DNA of 58,973 nt from Acidobacteriota bacterium (GTDB lineage Bacteria; Acidobacteriota; Thermoanaerobaculia; Multivoradales; Multivoraceae): contig JAGWAG010000003.1 in assembly GCA_021296535.1 (NCBI GenBank), positions 1 to 58,973 of the forward strand. The letters are read 5' to 3'. Below the pieces are notes generated by a model that saw nothing but the letters and a program-made list of their open reading frames with translations, did not search any database and was not told the origin of the DNA. Both the position numbers and the translations under genes were made by a program. Positions 34,506-43,557 of the stretch are shown piece after piece (within the stretch, counting starts at the first letter, position 1; each line of letters begins with the position of its first letter).

Positions 34506-36184
34506 TCCCGGCCCTCGCGGCGGCGTTCGCGGCCGTAGCAACCGACGAGGCCGCTGGCGGCATCCGGTTCGTCGACACGGCGGCAGCCTGGAACATCGAC
34601 TTCCGGCACCGCCACGGCGGACAGGGCGAGTACTACATGATCGAGACGGTGGGCAGCGGCGTGGTTGCCTTCGACTACGACGGAGACGGCGACGACGACC
34701 TGCTGTTCGTGGACAGCGGCGAGCCGGCTCCCCACGGCGGCAAGCCGGGTCGAACGACCCTGCTGCGGAACGACGTCGGCCGGAACGGCCCCCGCTTCGT
34801 CGACGCCACGGAAGCCTCGGGAATCCTCCTGGACAGCTACGGCATGGGCGCAATCACGGGCGACGTGGACGGCGACGGCGACCCGGACGTGTACCTGACC
34901 GCCTTCGGGCCGAATCGGCTGTGGCTCAACCGGGGGGACGGTGCCTTCAGCCCCGCGCCGGGGGACGGCGGCGGGGCCGATCCGTCGTGGAGCGCCTCCG
35001 CGGCGTTCGGCGATGTCGATCTGGACGGCGACCTGGACCTCTACGTGACCAACTACGTCGACTTCAGCTACGACAACAACATCGTCTGCGGACAGCCGCG
35101 CTCGTACTGCCACCCCGACGCCTACAACAGTCTGCCCGACACGTTCTACCGCAACGTGCATCGCCCCGGAGAACCAGCCGTATTCGTTGACGCCACGGCC
35201 GAACTCGGCCTGGGTGACGCCCGCGGCGCGGGCCTGGGCGTCGTCATCACAGACCTGGACCATGACCGCAGGCCTGACATCTACGTGGCGAACGACATGG
35301 ATCCGAACTTCCACTTCCTCAACCGCCGGACGGACGCGGGGCCCCGCTTCGAGGACGATGCCCTGCTTGCGGGCACCGCACTCTCTGATCGTGGCGAGGC
35401 GGAAGCGGGCATGGGCATAGCGGTCGGCGACGTGGACGGCAACGGCTTCGAAGATCTGATCGTCACCCACCTCGACCGGCAGACGAACGCCCTCTACTCG
35501 AACCGCGGCGACGGGCTCTTCCTGGAACGCCGCTTCGTCGCCGGCATCGCCGAGCCCTCCATGCCCTGGGTGGGATTCGGTGCCGACCTGGCCGACTTCG
35601 ACCTCGACGGCGACCCGGACCTTGCCGTCGCGAACGGCCACGTGATCCACAACATCTCGCAACAGGAGGGTTTCGGCGACGAAATCTACAAGCAGCCCAA
35701 CCAACTGCTGGAGAACCTCGGCGGAAGGTTCGACGAGGTGGAAGAGAGCGGCGTCTCGGCCGTTCGGGTGAGCCGCGGTCTGGCGACGGCCGACTTCGAC
35801 CTCGACGGCGATCCGGACCTGGTCGTCTCGAACTGCAACGACCAGGCCGAGGCCTACCGCAACGAGAGCGGTCGCCGTGGCCAGACGCTCCAGATCGATC
35901 TGCTCGACACCGAGGCGCCGAACCGGCGCGCGATCGGCGCCGTGATCGAGCTGCACTCGGCCACTGGACTTCAACGCCGCGAGCTGCGGGCCGGATCCTC
36001 CTATCTGTCGCAGAACTCGCTGACTCAGACCTTCGGCGTCCCGGTCCCCGCAGCGTCCGAAGACGCAGGCGGCAGCGACGAACCGCCCTCTGGCACCCTC
36101 GAGATCCGGATTCACTGGCCCGGGCAGGGCGGCCTGCGGCTTCCCGGACTGCCGCCGGGACATCGGGTCCTGGTCGTGCGATGA
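34490..36184 (+). CDS. CRTAC1 / ASPIC-UnbV family FG-GAP repeat protein 2
   Basis: 564 aa. The GTG at 34490 overlaps the TPR gene by 16 nt. It has FDYDGDGDDDLLFVD, DVDGDGDPDVYLT, DVDLDGDLDLYVTNY and a C-terminal GAVIELH...RAGSSYLSQNS (UnbV_ASPIC). Confidence 0.8.
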   Translation: MVLALIPALAAAFAAVATDEAAGGIRFVDTAAAWNIDFRHRHGGQGEYYMIETVGSGVVAFDYDGDGDDDLLFVDSGEPAPHGGKPGRTTLLRNDVGRNGPRFVDATEASGILLDSYGMGAITGDVDGDGDPDVYLTAFGPNRLWLNRGDGAFSPAPGDGGGADPSWSASAAFGDVDLDGDLDLYVTNYVDFSYDNNIVCGQPRSYCHPDAYNSLPDTFYRNVHRPGEPAVFVDATAELGLGDARGAGLGVVITDLDHDRRPDIYVANDMDPNFHFLNRRTDAGPRFEDDALLAGTALSDRGEAEAGMGIAVGDVDGNGFEDLIVTHLDRQTNALYSNRGDGLFLERRFVAGIAEPSMPWVGFGADLADFDLDGDPDLAVANGHVIHNISQQEGFGDEIYKQPNQLLENLGGRFDEVEESGVSAVRVSRGLATADFDLDGDPDLVVSNCNDQAEAYRNESGRRGQTLQIDLLDTEAPNRRAIGAVIELHSATGLQRRELRAGSSYLSQNSLTQTFGVPVPAASEDAGGSDEPPSGTLEIRIHWPGQGGLRLPGLPPGHRVLVVR

Positions 36185-37884
36185 AGACGCCGGACGACAG
36201 CAGGCCGACGATCCGGTCGGCCAGTCTGGCGGCTGCCGGCCTGCTCGCCATCGCGCCGCTGGCGAGCCCCGCTACCGCCGGAGAGCCGGCCTTTCGCGAG
36301 GCCCGCGCCGCGTGGGGTCTCGAGTTCCACCACAACGCGGGACTTTCAGGCCGGAAGTACATGGTGGAAACGATGGGCGGCGGGGTCGTGCTCTTCGACT
36401 ACGACGGGGACGGCGACGACGACGCCTTCTTCGTCGACGGCGGCGTACTCCCGGGCTACGAGGGTCCCCCGCCCCGTTCCCGGCTGTTGCGGAATGACGC
36501 CGGGCCGGGCGGCCCCCGCTTCGTCGATGTCACCGACAAGTCGAACATCGACTTCGGCGGCTACGGTGTGGGAGGCGTAGCCGGCGATGTGGACAACGAC
36601 GGCGATCCGGACCTCTACGTCACGGCTTTCGGCAGCAACGAGCTCTACCTGAACCATGGCGACGGCAGCTTCCGGGCGGCCGGAGCGGAGCGCGGCGTCG
36701 ATGATCCGCGCTGGAGCGCTTCGGCCGCTTTCGGCGACCTCGACCTGGACGGCGACCTCGACCTGTACGTAACGAACTACACGGACTTCTCCATCACGAA
36801 CCACAAGTTCTGCGGCCTCGGCGGCTCGGGCGGCAACGGGGACAGCCCCAGTGCCGAGCCTCAGCGCGGCTACTGCCACCCGGACATGTACAACGGCGTG
36901 CCCGACCGCCTCTACCGGAACGACGGCCACGGCTTCTTCATCGATGCCACCGCCGAGAGCGGCCTCGACGGCCCTGCCGAAGCCGGCCTCGGCGTCGTGA
37001 TCGGCGATCTCGACGGCGACCGCTGGCCCGATCTCTACGTCGCCAACGACAAGGACCCGAACCTGCTCTTCCGCAGTCTGGGAAACGGACGGTTCGAGGA
37101 CGAGTCACTGCTCTCAGGCGCCGCCTACGACCGTAGCGGCTCCGCCGAGGCTGGAATGGGGGTCGAACTGGCAGATCTCGACGGCGACGGCCTACAGGAT
37201 CTGGTCGTCACGAACTTCGCGCTTGAGACGAACGCCTTCTACCGCAGCGCGGGCGACGGCGTCTTCCTGGACAGGCGATTCCCGTCCGGCCTGGCTCCAC
37301 CTTCTCTCCAGCGGCTCGCTTTCGGTGTGAACGCTCTGGACGCCGACCTCGACGGCGACCTCGACCTGTTCGTGGCCAACGGACACATTCAACCTGAGGC
37401 GAAGAGGATCGGCGAGGTTGGAACCTACGAACAACCGAACCAACTGTTCGAGAACCTGGGCGGCGGCCGTTTCAGGGAGCGTCCCGACGCCGGCCTGGAC
37501 ACGGTACGCACAAGTCGGGGCTCCGCAGTCGCCGACCTCGATCTCGACGGCGACCTGGACATCGTCGTCGTGAACTCGAACCAACCCTCCGAGGCGTACG
37601 AGAATCGGGCGGAGAGCGGCTGGTTCGCGCTCGGATTCTCGCAGGGAGGCACCGAAAGCGCGGGCGCCGTTGGCGCCGCTGTCGTCCTGACCGCGGACGG
37701 CCGGACTCAGTTCCGGGAGACGCGGGCCGGATCCTCCTACCTTTCGCAGAGCACGCTCACCGCCTTCTTCGGCGTCGGCGAAGCAGGCCGTATCGAGCGC
37801 GTGACGATCCGCCATCCCCTCCAGGGGCAGCCACTGGTCCTGCGCGACCTGCCCGTGGACCGGCGGGTTCGCCTGCGGCGATAG
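36181..37884 (+). CDS. CRTAC1 / ASPIC-UnbV family FG-GAP repeat protein 3
   Basis: 567 aa. The ATG overlaps the upstream stop (ATGA). It has the same repeat architecture as protein 2 (FDYDGDGDDDAFFVD, DVDNDGDPDLYVT, DLDLDGDLDLYVTNY ... RAGSSYLSQST). Confidence 0.8.
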   Translation: MKTPDDSRPTIRSASLAAAGLLAIAPLASPATAGEPAFREARAAWGLEFHHNAGLSGRKYMVETMGGGVVLFDYDGDGDDDAFFVDGGVLPGYEGPPPRSRLLRNDAGPGGPRFVDVTDKSNIDFGGYGVGGVAGDVDNDGDPDLYVTAFGSNELYLNHGDGSFRAAGAERGVDDPRWSASAAFGDLDLDGDLDLYVTNYTDFSITNHKFCGLGGSGGNGDSPSAEPQRGYCHPDMYNGVPDRLYRNDGHGFFIDATAESGLDGPAEAGLGVVIGDLDGDRWPDLYVANDKDPNLLFRSLGNGRFEDESLLSGAAYDRSGSAEAGMGVELADLDGDGLQDLVVTNFALETNAFYRSAGDGVFLDRRFPSGLAPPSLQRLAFGVNALDADLDGDLDLFVANGHIQPEAKRIGEVGTYEQPNQLFENLGGGRFRERPDAGLDTVRTSRGSAVADLDLDGDLDIVVVNSNQPSEAYENRAESGWFALGFSQGGTESAGAVGAAVVLTADGRTQFRETRAGSSYLSQSTLTAFFGVGEAGRIERVTIRHPLQGQPLVLRDLPVDRRVRLRR

Positions 37885-37893
37885 CATCGCGCC

Positions 37894-40164
37894 ATGAGCC
37901 AGTCGTGCCTCAGGCGCCACCCCCTCCGCCGCTCGCCCGCGCTGGCCGCGCTGGCCGCGCTGGCCGCGCTGACCGTCGGCGCGCTCCTGGCCGGCGCGCC
38001 GACGCCCATCAGTTCGCAGGACGTACCGGCCGAGGTCACGGGCGCCCTCGCTCTCGCAGCCGCCGGCGACTTGAGCGGCGCCATCGCCACCATCGAAGAA
38101 CTCTGTGCAGCCGGGGACGCCCCCGACGCCGCCTACGCCGCGCTGGGTGCCCTTTACGTCGAGGCGGGCGATCCTGAGCGAGCGATGGAGGCTCTCCGGC
38201 CGCTCATCGACCGCGAGCGCGCCGACGCCGGCGTCCTCTACAACGCAGGCCGGGCCGCCGAAGCGTTGGGCCGGCCGGAGGAGGCGGCGAACCACTACCG
38301 GAGATCGCTCTCGATCCAGCCGCGTTCGCCGGCGTTGCGTTCGCTCGGCATGATGCTGGGCCGGCACGGCTATGCGGCCGAAGCGTATGCCTTCCTCCAG
38401 CCTTGGACGAATGCGAACCCGAACGATCTGGATGCCCGCGTAGCCGCCGTGGCGGGCGCCATCGCGCTTGAACGCGCGCCCGAAGCCGAGGCCCTGCTCG
38501 AAGGCCTGCCCGGAGACGATCCGGGCGTGAAGATGCTGCGAGCCCAGCTTCTGCTCCAGCAAGCCGATCCATGGGGCGCGATCAACGAACTTCAGGCGGT
38601 CGCCGCCGAACCGCCACCGGACCTCGAAGGCGGCATTCGCCGCACGCTTGCCCGCGCCTATCTCGTGGTGGGCGAAGCTGAAGGCGCCCTGGAGCAGATG
38701 GAACCGATCAAGGACGCCGGTCCATCGGACGCCGTGCTTCTGGCCAGCGCCTACTTCCAGGCCGGCCGGATGGAGCAAGCGATCGCCGCGCTGGCGCCGT
38801 ACGCGGAGCCCCTGCTGACCAGCCCGCCCCCCGAAGCGCCGCCTCCGGTAGCCCGCGACATCGTGCTGGAGTACGGCCGCTACCTCCACTCTTCCGGAGA
38901 TGCGGCGCGTGCAGTTCCCTTCCTGCGCCTGGCAAGCGAGCTGGACCCGGAGAAGCCCGACGCGTTCCAGGCGCTCGGCCAGGCCCTGGCCGCGAGCGGC
39001 GAACGCGATCTGGCGACGGAGGCGCTGGAGCGCTTCCAGGCGCTCTCGAAGGACGCCGATGACGAGGTGGCGTCCGTCGGCCAGAGACGGCGGGACATTG
39101 CCGACCCGACGGGCCGCGAAGTGCGCGAGGCGCTGGAACTCGCAGCAACCGGCGAAGTCGACGCCGCGCTCGAGATCCTCGCCCGCGAAGCGCAGCTCGC
39201 CTCGACCGACCCACGGCCCGCCTATGCCGCCTCTTCCATTCTGCTCGACGCCGGCCGCAACGAGGAAGCGCTTGCCGCCGCCGATCAGGCCCTCGCCACC
39301 GCGCCTGGGCGAGCCGACAGTCTGTATCAGCGCGGCGCCGTCCTGATGTCGCTCGATCGTCTGGCCGACGCCGAGGACATGTTCCGTCGAGCCTTGAGGG
39401 ACCAACCCGACCATCCGGCGGTGCTCTCCGACCTTGCGGTTCTTCTGATGACCACCAAGCGCGACGAGGAAGCCATCGAGCACCTAGAAGAGCTACTCCA
39501 GATGCGGCCCGACGATCCGCTCGCCCGCAGCCATCTCGAACGGCTCCGCGGCGCTCCGAGCGAGGGGAACGACCCTGCCTGGGCGCGGACCGGCCGCGAC
39601 GAGATGGGCGCCCGCAACTTCCAGGCAGCGGAAGATCCCCTGCGGCGCGCCGTTACCCTTGACCCCGCCGACGCGTCCCTGCGCCTCGACCTCGCATCCA
39701 CGCTCTGGGAGAACAACAAGCCGGCGGAGGCCGAAGTGCAAGCCCGCGAAGCGGTGGCTCTCCTACCCTCGTCCGTCGAGGCGCATCGGCTGCTCGGCGG
39801 CCTGCTGTTGTGGCGCGGCGCTCACCTCGAGGCTGCCGGAACGCTGGAGCGAGCGGTAACGCTGGCGACACCGGACGCCGCCCTGCTTGTCGAACTCGGC
39901 CGCGCCTGGAACGGCGCTGCCGACGAGGCGGCGGCCGCTGAAGAACCGGGCCGGCTGGCGCGGGCCGAAGCTGCTTTCCGCCAGGCGGTCGCCGTCGCGC
40001 CCGAGCACAGTGAAGCGGCCTACGGCCTGGCCCAGGTGCTGCGCCGCCTGGGGCGGAGCGAGGAGGCTGTAGCCGCGATGGAGCGCTACGAAGAGCTCTA
40101 CCGCAGCGATCAGGAAACGGTTCGCAAGGACGGAGTGGCCGCTGCCGAGTCCCCGGACGGCTGA
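37894..40164 (+). CDS. large secreted tetratricopeptide-repeat protein 2
   Basis: 756 aa. The ATG lies 9 nt after the previous stop. A signal-like N-terminus (PALAALAALAALTVGALLAGA) is followed by TPR repeats throughout. Confidence 0.8.
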   Translation: MSQSCLRRHPLRRSPALAALAALAALTVGALLAGAPTPISSQDVPAEVTGALALAAAGDLSGAIATIEELCAAGDAPDAAYAALGALYVEAGDPERAMEALRPLIDRERADAGVLYNAGRAAEALGRPEEAANHYRRSLSIQPRSPALRSLGMMLGRHGYAAEAYAFLQPWTNANPNDLDARVAAVAGAIALERAPEAEALLEGLPGDDPGVKMLRAQLLLQQADPWGAINELQAVAAEPPPDLEGGIRRTLARAYLVVGEAEGALEQMEPIKDAGPSDAVLLASAYFQAGRMEQAIAALAPYAEPLLTSPPPEAPPPVARDIVLEYGRYLHSSGDAARAVPFLRLASELDPEKPDAFQALGQALAASGERDLATEALERFQALSKDADDEVASVGQRRRDIADPTGREVREALELAATGEVDAALEILAREAQLASTDPRPAYAASSILLDAGRNEEALAAADQALATAPGRADSLYQRGAVLMSLDRLADAEDMFRRALRDQPDHPAVLSDLAVLLMTTKRDEEAIEHLEELLQMRPDDPLARSHLERLRGAPSEGNDPAWARTGRDEMGARNFQAAEDPLRRAVTLDPADASLRLDLASTLWENNKPAEAEVQAREAVALLPSSVEAHRLLGGLLLWRGAHLEAAGTLERAVTLATPDAALLVELGRAWNGAADEAAAAEEPGRLARAEAAFRQAVAVAPEHSEAAYGLAQVLRRLGRSEEAVAAMERYEELYRSDQETVRKDGVAAAESPDG
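37941..37975 (+). repeat. 9-bp tandem repeat (GCTGGCCGC x3 plus one imperfect copy) encoding (LAA)n in a signal peptide
   Basis: Read directly from the sequence: gctggccgc gctggccgc gctggccgc gctgaccg. Confidence 0.8.
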
Positions 40165-40176
40165 CCACCTGAGCCG

Positions 40177-42264
40177 CTACAGCCCCCGCAACAGCGATCT
40201 CGCCACCGTGAGATCGGCCGTGTGGCGCCCGCCGAGAGCCGGCGCGGACGCCTGGCGCACGAACCGCTCCAGTGCCGGCCTGGCGATCTCCCGCCGGCCC
40301 GCCCGCGCCGCCACGCTCGCGAGGTTGAACAGCACATCGAGGTCGCCCGGATCGAGCTCGACCGATCGCTGCCAGGCGGAGATCGCCTCGTCGGCCCGGC
40401 GCTGGTTGAACAGCGCGATCCCCAGGTAGTTCCAGGCCAGCGGCAACGCCGGGTTGAGAGCCAGTGCCTCGCGCGCCTCCCGTTCGCACAGCGGCCAGTC
40501 CCCCGCATGCAGGGCTGCCAGGGCCAGGTTCTGCCGCGCCCGTGGGTTCCTCTCGTCGAGTTCGAGAGACCGCAGCAGGATGTCCCTGGCACGGGCGGTG
40601 TCCCCCGACTCGGCAAGCACCAAACCGAGGACGTTCAGCGAGTCCGGATCGCTTGATGTGGCGTGACGCTCCATCAACCGTACCGCGTCCCTCGCCCGCC
40701 CGGTCTGGGCTAGGGTCAGGGCCAACTGTCGCTCTAGCGACGGGGACGCCAGTCCCCGCCGCTCCGCGTCGATCATCAGGCGCAGCGCCTCCTCTACCCT
40801 CCCCTGGTCGAGCAGGACCTGGGCGAGGTTGGAGTACCCGAGTCCCATCCGCGGCCGGCGCTGTATCGTGCGCCGGGCGAGATCCTCGGCCTGCTCAAGG
40901 CGGCCGTCCTGGTAGGCCTCCACGTAGGTTTGGAGCATGCGGTCGAGGTCGACCAGGCTTTTGGGATCGTCCTCTTCGCCGTAGATCCGCGGCAGGTCAA
41001 GTCCGCCGGAAGCGCTGAGATAGCCCAAACTCTGGAGCGCCCGCCGCTCCTCCTCGCTCACCGTGCCCGCTGCCGGCGGCCACTCCGACTCCTCCGGCAG
41101 CAGCGCCGCGAGTTCGGCAGCGGCCCCCGCCTCCGTGGCGTGGAGGTTGCGCACTTCGCCGGGGTCGGCGCCAAGGTCGTAGAGTTCGGGCCGCGGCAGC
41201 GCAATGTACTTCAGGAGGCGCGACCCGTTCTCGCCGCCAGCCCCCGTCCTCTGCCGGGAGACGACGCCGCGAAGAGGCGCCCAACCGCGTTGAAGGTTGG
41301 AACCCAAAGCCTCGAAGTAGGTCGCATCGGGCGTGTCCGGCGCCACGCTCGCGACCGGCGCCCTCCAAAGACTGCGACCGGCCATACCGGGAATCGACGA
41401 TGCGTCGATTCCCGCCGCCTCCAGCATCGTCGGCAGCACGTCGATATGGCGAACGGGCGCACCTATCCGGGCGGGGGTCAGATCCTCGGCCCACAGAACG
41501 AGCGGCACGCCGAGCGTGGCCTCGTACGCGAAGAGGCCGTGCGTCGCCTCACCGTGATCCCCCAGACCCTCGCCGTGATCCGAAGTGACGACCACCAGCG
41601 CGTCCGAGCGCCCCTCGAGGAGGATCGCCTCCTGGAGCAAGCGGCCGACGTACGCGTCGGCCGCCGCGACTTCGCCCAGGTAGGGATTCCCGGCGAACCG
41701 GGTTGAGAACGGCTCCGGCGGCTCGTAGGGCACATGGGGCTCGTACAGATGGACCCAGAGAAACCTGGGCTCGCCCGCGTGCCGCCGCCACCAGGAAGTG
41801 GCGGCCGCCACCACCTCTTCGCCGCTTCGCTCGGCCACGGCGAACCCCCTCGTCGAGCCCTCCGGGTAGGAATCGTCGTAGATCTCGAAGCCTCGATCAA
41901 GCCCGTAGCGGGCGTCGAGCGGAAACGCGGCGACGAAGGCGGCGGTCCGAAAGCCCGCGGCCGCGAACGCCTCCGCGGCCGTCGGGACGGACTCCGGCAG
42001 CACGAATCCGGCGTTGTCCCGTACGCCGTGCTCGTACGGCAACCGGCCCGTTAGCAGGTTCGCATGGGACGGCAGCGTCATCACGCTGTGCGCATGGGCA
42101 CGCTCGAAGACCCAACCTCTCGCCGCGAGACCGTCCAGGTGGGGCGTCTCCGCGTTCGGGTGACCCGCGAAACCGACCGCGTCCGCGCGCAGGGTGTCGA
42201 TCGTCACCAGGACGACATCGCGTGCGAAGCCAGGCGCAGGCGCCTCGGGCCAGGGAGTAGCCAC
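40177..42264 (-). CDS. sulfatase-like (alkaline-phosphatase superfamily) enzyme fused to C-terminal TPR domain, paralogue 1
   Basis: 695 aa from the GTG at 42264. Motifs are VTIDTLRAD, MTLPSHANLLTG (Thr at the nucleophile position), HLYEPHVPYEPP and TSDHGEGLGDHGE, followed by about 250 aa of TPR. A lipoprotein signal is encoded in frame just upstream without a canonical start (see findings). Confidence 0.8.
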   Translation of the reverse strand: MATPWPEAPAPGFARDVVLVTIDTLRADAVGFAGHPNAETPHLDGLAARGWVFERAHAHSVMTLPSHANLLTGRLPYEHGVRDNAGFVLPESVPTAAEAFAAAGFRTAAFVAAFPLDARYGLDRGFEIYDDSYPEGSTRGFAVAERSGEEVVAAATSWWRRHAGEPRFLWVHLYEPHVPYEPPEPFSTRFAGNPYLGEVAAADAYVGRLLQEAILLEGRSDALVVVTSDHGEGLGDHGEATHGLFAYEATLGVPLVLWAEDLTPARIGAPVRHIDVLPTMLEAAGIDASSIPGMAGRSLWRAPVASVAPDTPDATYFEALGSNLQRGWAPLRGVVSRQRTGAGGENGSRLLKYIALPRPELYDLGADPGEVRNLHATEAGAAAELAALLPEESEWPPAAGTVSEEERRALQSLGYLSASGGLDLPRIYGEEDDPKSLVDLDRMLQTYVEAYQDGRLEQAEDLARRTIQRRPRMGLGYSNLAQVLLDQGRVEEALRLMIDAERRGLASPSLERQLALTLAQTGRARDAVRLMERHATSSDPDSLNVLGLVLAESGDTARARDILLRSLELDERNPRARQNLALAALHAGDWPLCEREAREALALNPALPLAWNYLGIALFNQRRADEAISAWQRSVELDPGDLDVLFNLASVAARAGRREIARPALERFVRQASAPALGGRHTADLTVARSLLRGL

Positions 42265-42362
42265 CCGGCCGACCGCCGGTTCTTCGCCATCCGGTCCGGG
42301 CCGGCAGGCTGCCAGCGAGAAGGCCGTCAGGAGGAGACCGGCCGCTGCCCGCCAGACCGTCC

Positions 42363-43337
42363 TCAGAGCGATTCCAGGTACTCCGCGAACTGCTTCGCCT
42401 CCTCGGCCTTCTCACCCTCGGGTTCCAGCTCGATCAGCCTCCGAAAGTCGGCCGCCGCGGCCTCGTTCCTCCCCGCCGCCATGTTCGAGAGTCCGCGGAA
42501 GTAGTAGGCTTCCGACCAGTCCGGCGCCGCCTCGACGGCCGCGTCGAGCTTGGCGACGGCGCCCTCGAAGTCGTTCTCGTTGTACAGCGCGACGCCCTCG
42601 CGCACCAGGATCTCCGGATCCGCCCGCTGGTCCTCGGGCATCCGATCGAGGTATGCCTGAGCTTCGTCGCCGCGGCCCAGCGCCGTCAGACGGCGGCTCA
42701 TCAAGCGGAGCGCGTCCACGTTAGACGGCGCGTAGGTCAGGGCCCGTTCAAGACTCGCCAAGGCCTCGTCGTCCCGCTCCAGTTGCACCTGGGCCTGAGC
42801 CACCGCGACCAGCACCGCCGCCTTGGCGCCCTCCGGCAGAGCAGGCAGGGCCTCGGTGAAGACCTGGATCGCCCCTTCGTAGTCCCCCGACGCGAGCAGG
42901 TCGTTGCCCCGCTCCAACTGTTCCCTGGCCGCCTGCGCCGACTCGCCATCGTCCAGCGCGGCCGCCGAACCGTCGGTCGCCGATACGGCGCCCGCCTCCA
43001 GGGTCGTCTTCAGGAACACCCGGTCGGCAGGCGACGCATACTCCTGAACCAGCGCGCTATGCGTCGTGGACACGTAGCCCGCCTTCGACACGAGCACGTC
43101 CCAGTTCCCTCCGCCAAGGCCGGCGCGCGCCCAGCGCCCCTTTCCGTTCGTCGAGACGACCTCCGGCCCCGCCCCGCCGAGAGTGAGTTGAATACTTGCC
43201 CCTTCCACCGGATTACCATCCGCATCCTGAACCGTGCCGCTCAAGCGCCCGCGGCCCGCCCAGGCCTGCGCCGAAGCAGCCGCGGCCAGAAGGGCGCCGG
43301 CAAGCACGGCGCCGATAACGCGGGTTCGATAGTCCAT
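42363..43337 (-). CDS. secreted CarboxypepD_reg-like domain + TPR protein
   Basis: The ATG at 43337 follows GGGGAGGA. It has a signal peptide (MDYRTRVIGAVLAGALLAAAASAQA), an Ig-like segment (LSGTVQDADGNPVEGASIQL...GNWDVLVSKAGY) and then TPR repeats. Confidence 0.75.
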   Translation of the reverse strand: MDYRTRVIGAVLAGALLAAAASAQAWAGRGRLSGTVQDADGNPVEGASIQLTLGGAGPEVVSTNGKGRWARAGLGGGNWDVLVSKAGYVSTTHSALVQEYASPADRVFLKTTLEAGAVSATDGSAAALDDGESAQAAREQLERGNDLLASGDYEGAIQVFTEALPALPEGAKAAVLVAVAQAQVQLERDDEALASLERALTYAPSNVDALRLMSRRLTALGRGDEAQAYLDRMPEDQRADPEILVREGVALYNENDFEGAVAKLDAAVEAAPDWSEAYYFRGLSNMAAGRNEAAAADFRRLIELEPEGEKAEEAKQFAEYLESL

Positions 43338-43460
43338 GAGTCCTCCCCTCATTCTCCGACCGCCGATCTGTCCTGGCATCCTACTACCGGCGTCCGGCCA
43401 CGGAGACGGCCTGGCCGCCGGTGCGGCCATGTCCCTGCGCGCGGGCACGGCGTCTGGCAT

Positions 43461-43503
43461 ACGAACAAAGAGAAAGGGCCGGGGGGTAGCCCCCGGCCCT
43501 TTC
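43461..43503 (-). terminator. intrinsic terminator downstream of the TonB-dependent receptor gene
   Basis: The minus strand reads GGGCCGGGGG-CTAC-CCCCCGGCCC: a perfect 10-bp GC stem (43476-43485 paired with 43490-43499) followed by TTTCTCTTTGTT. It lies about 60 nt after the stop at 43558. Confidence 0.75.
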
Positions 43504-43557
43504 GATCTTTCCCGGTCCGTGACCTGACTCGTCAGGCCCCGAACCTCCAGTCCTGGA

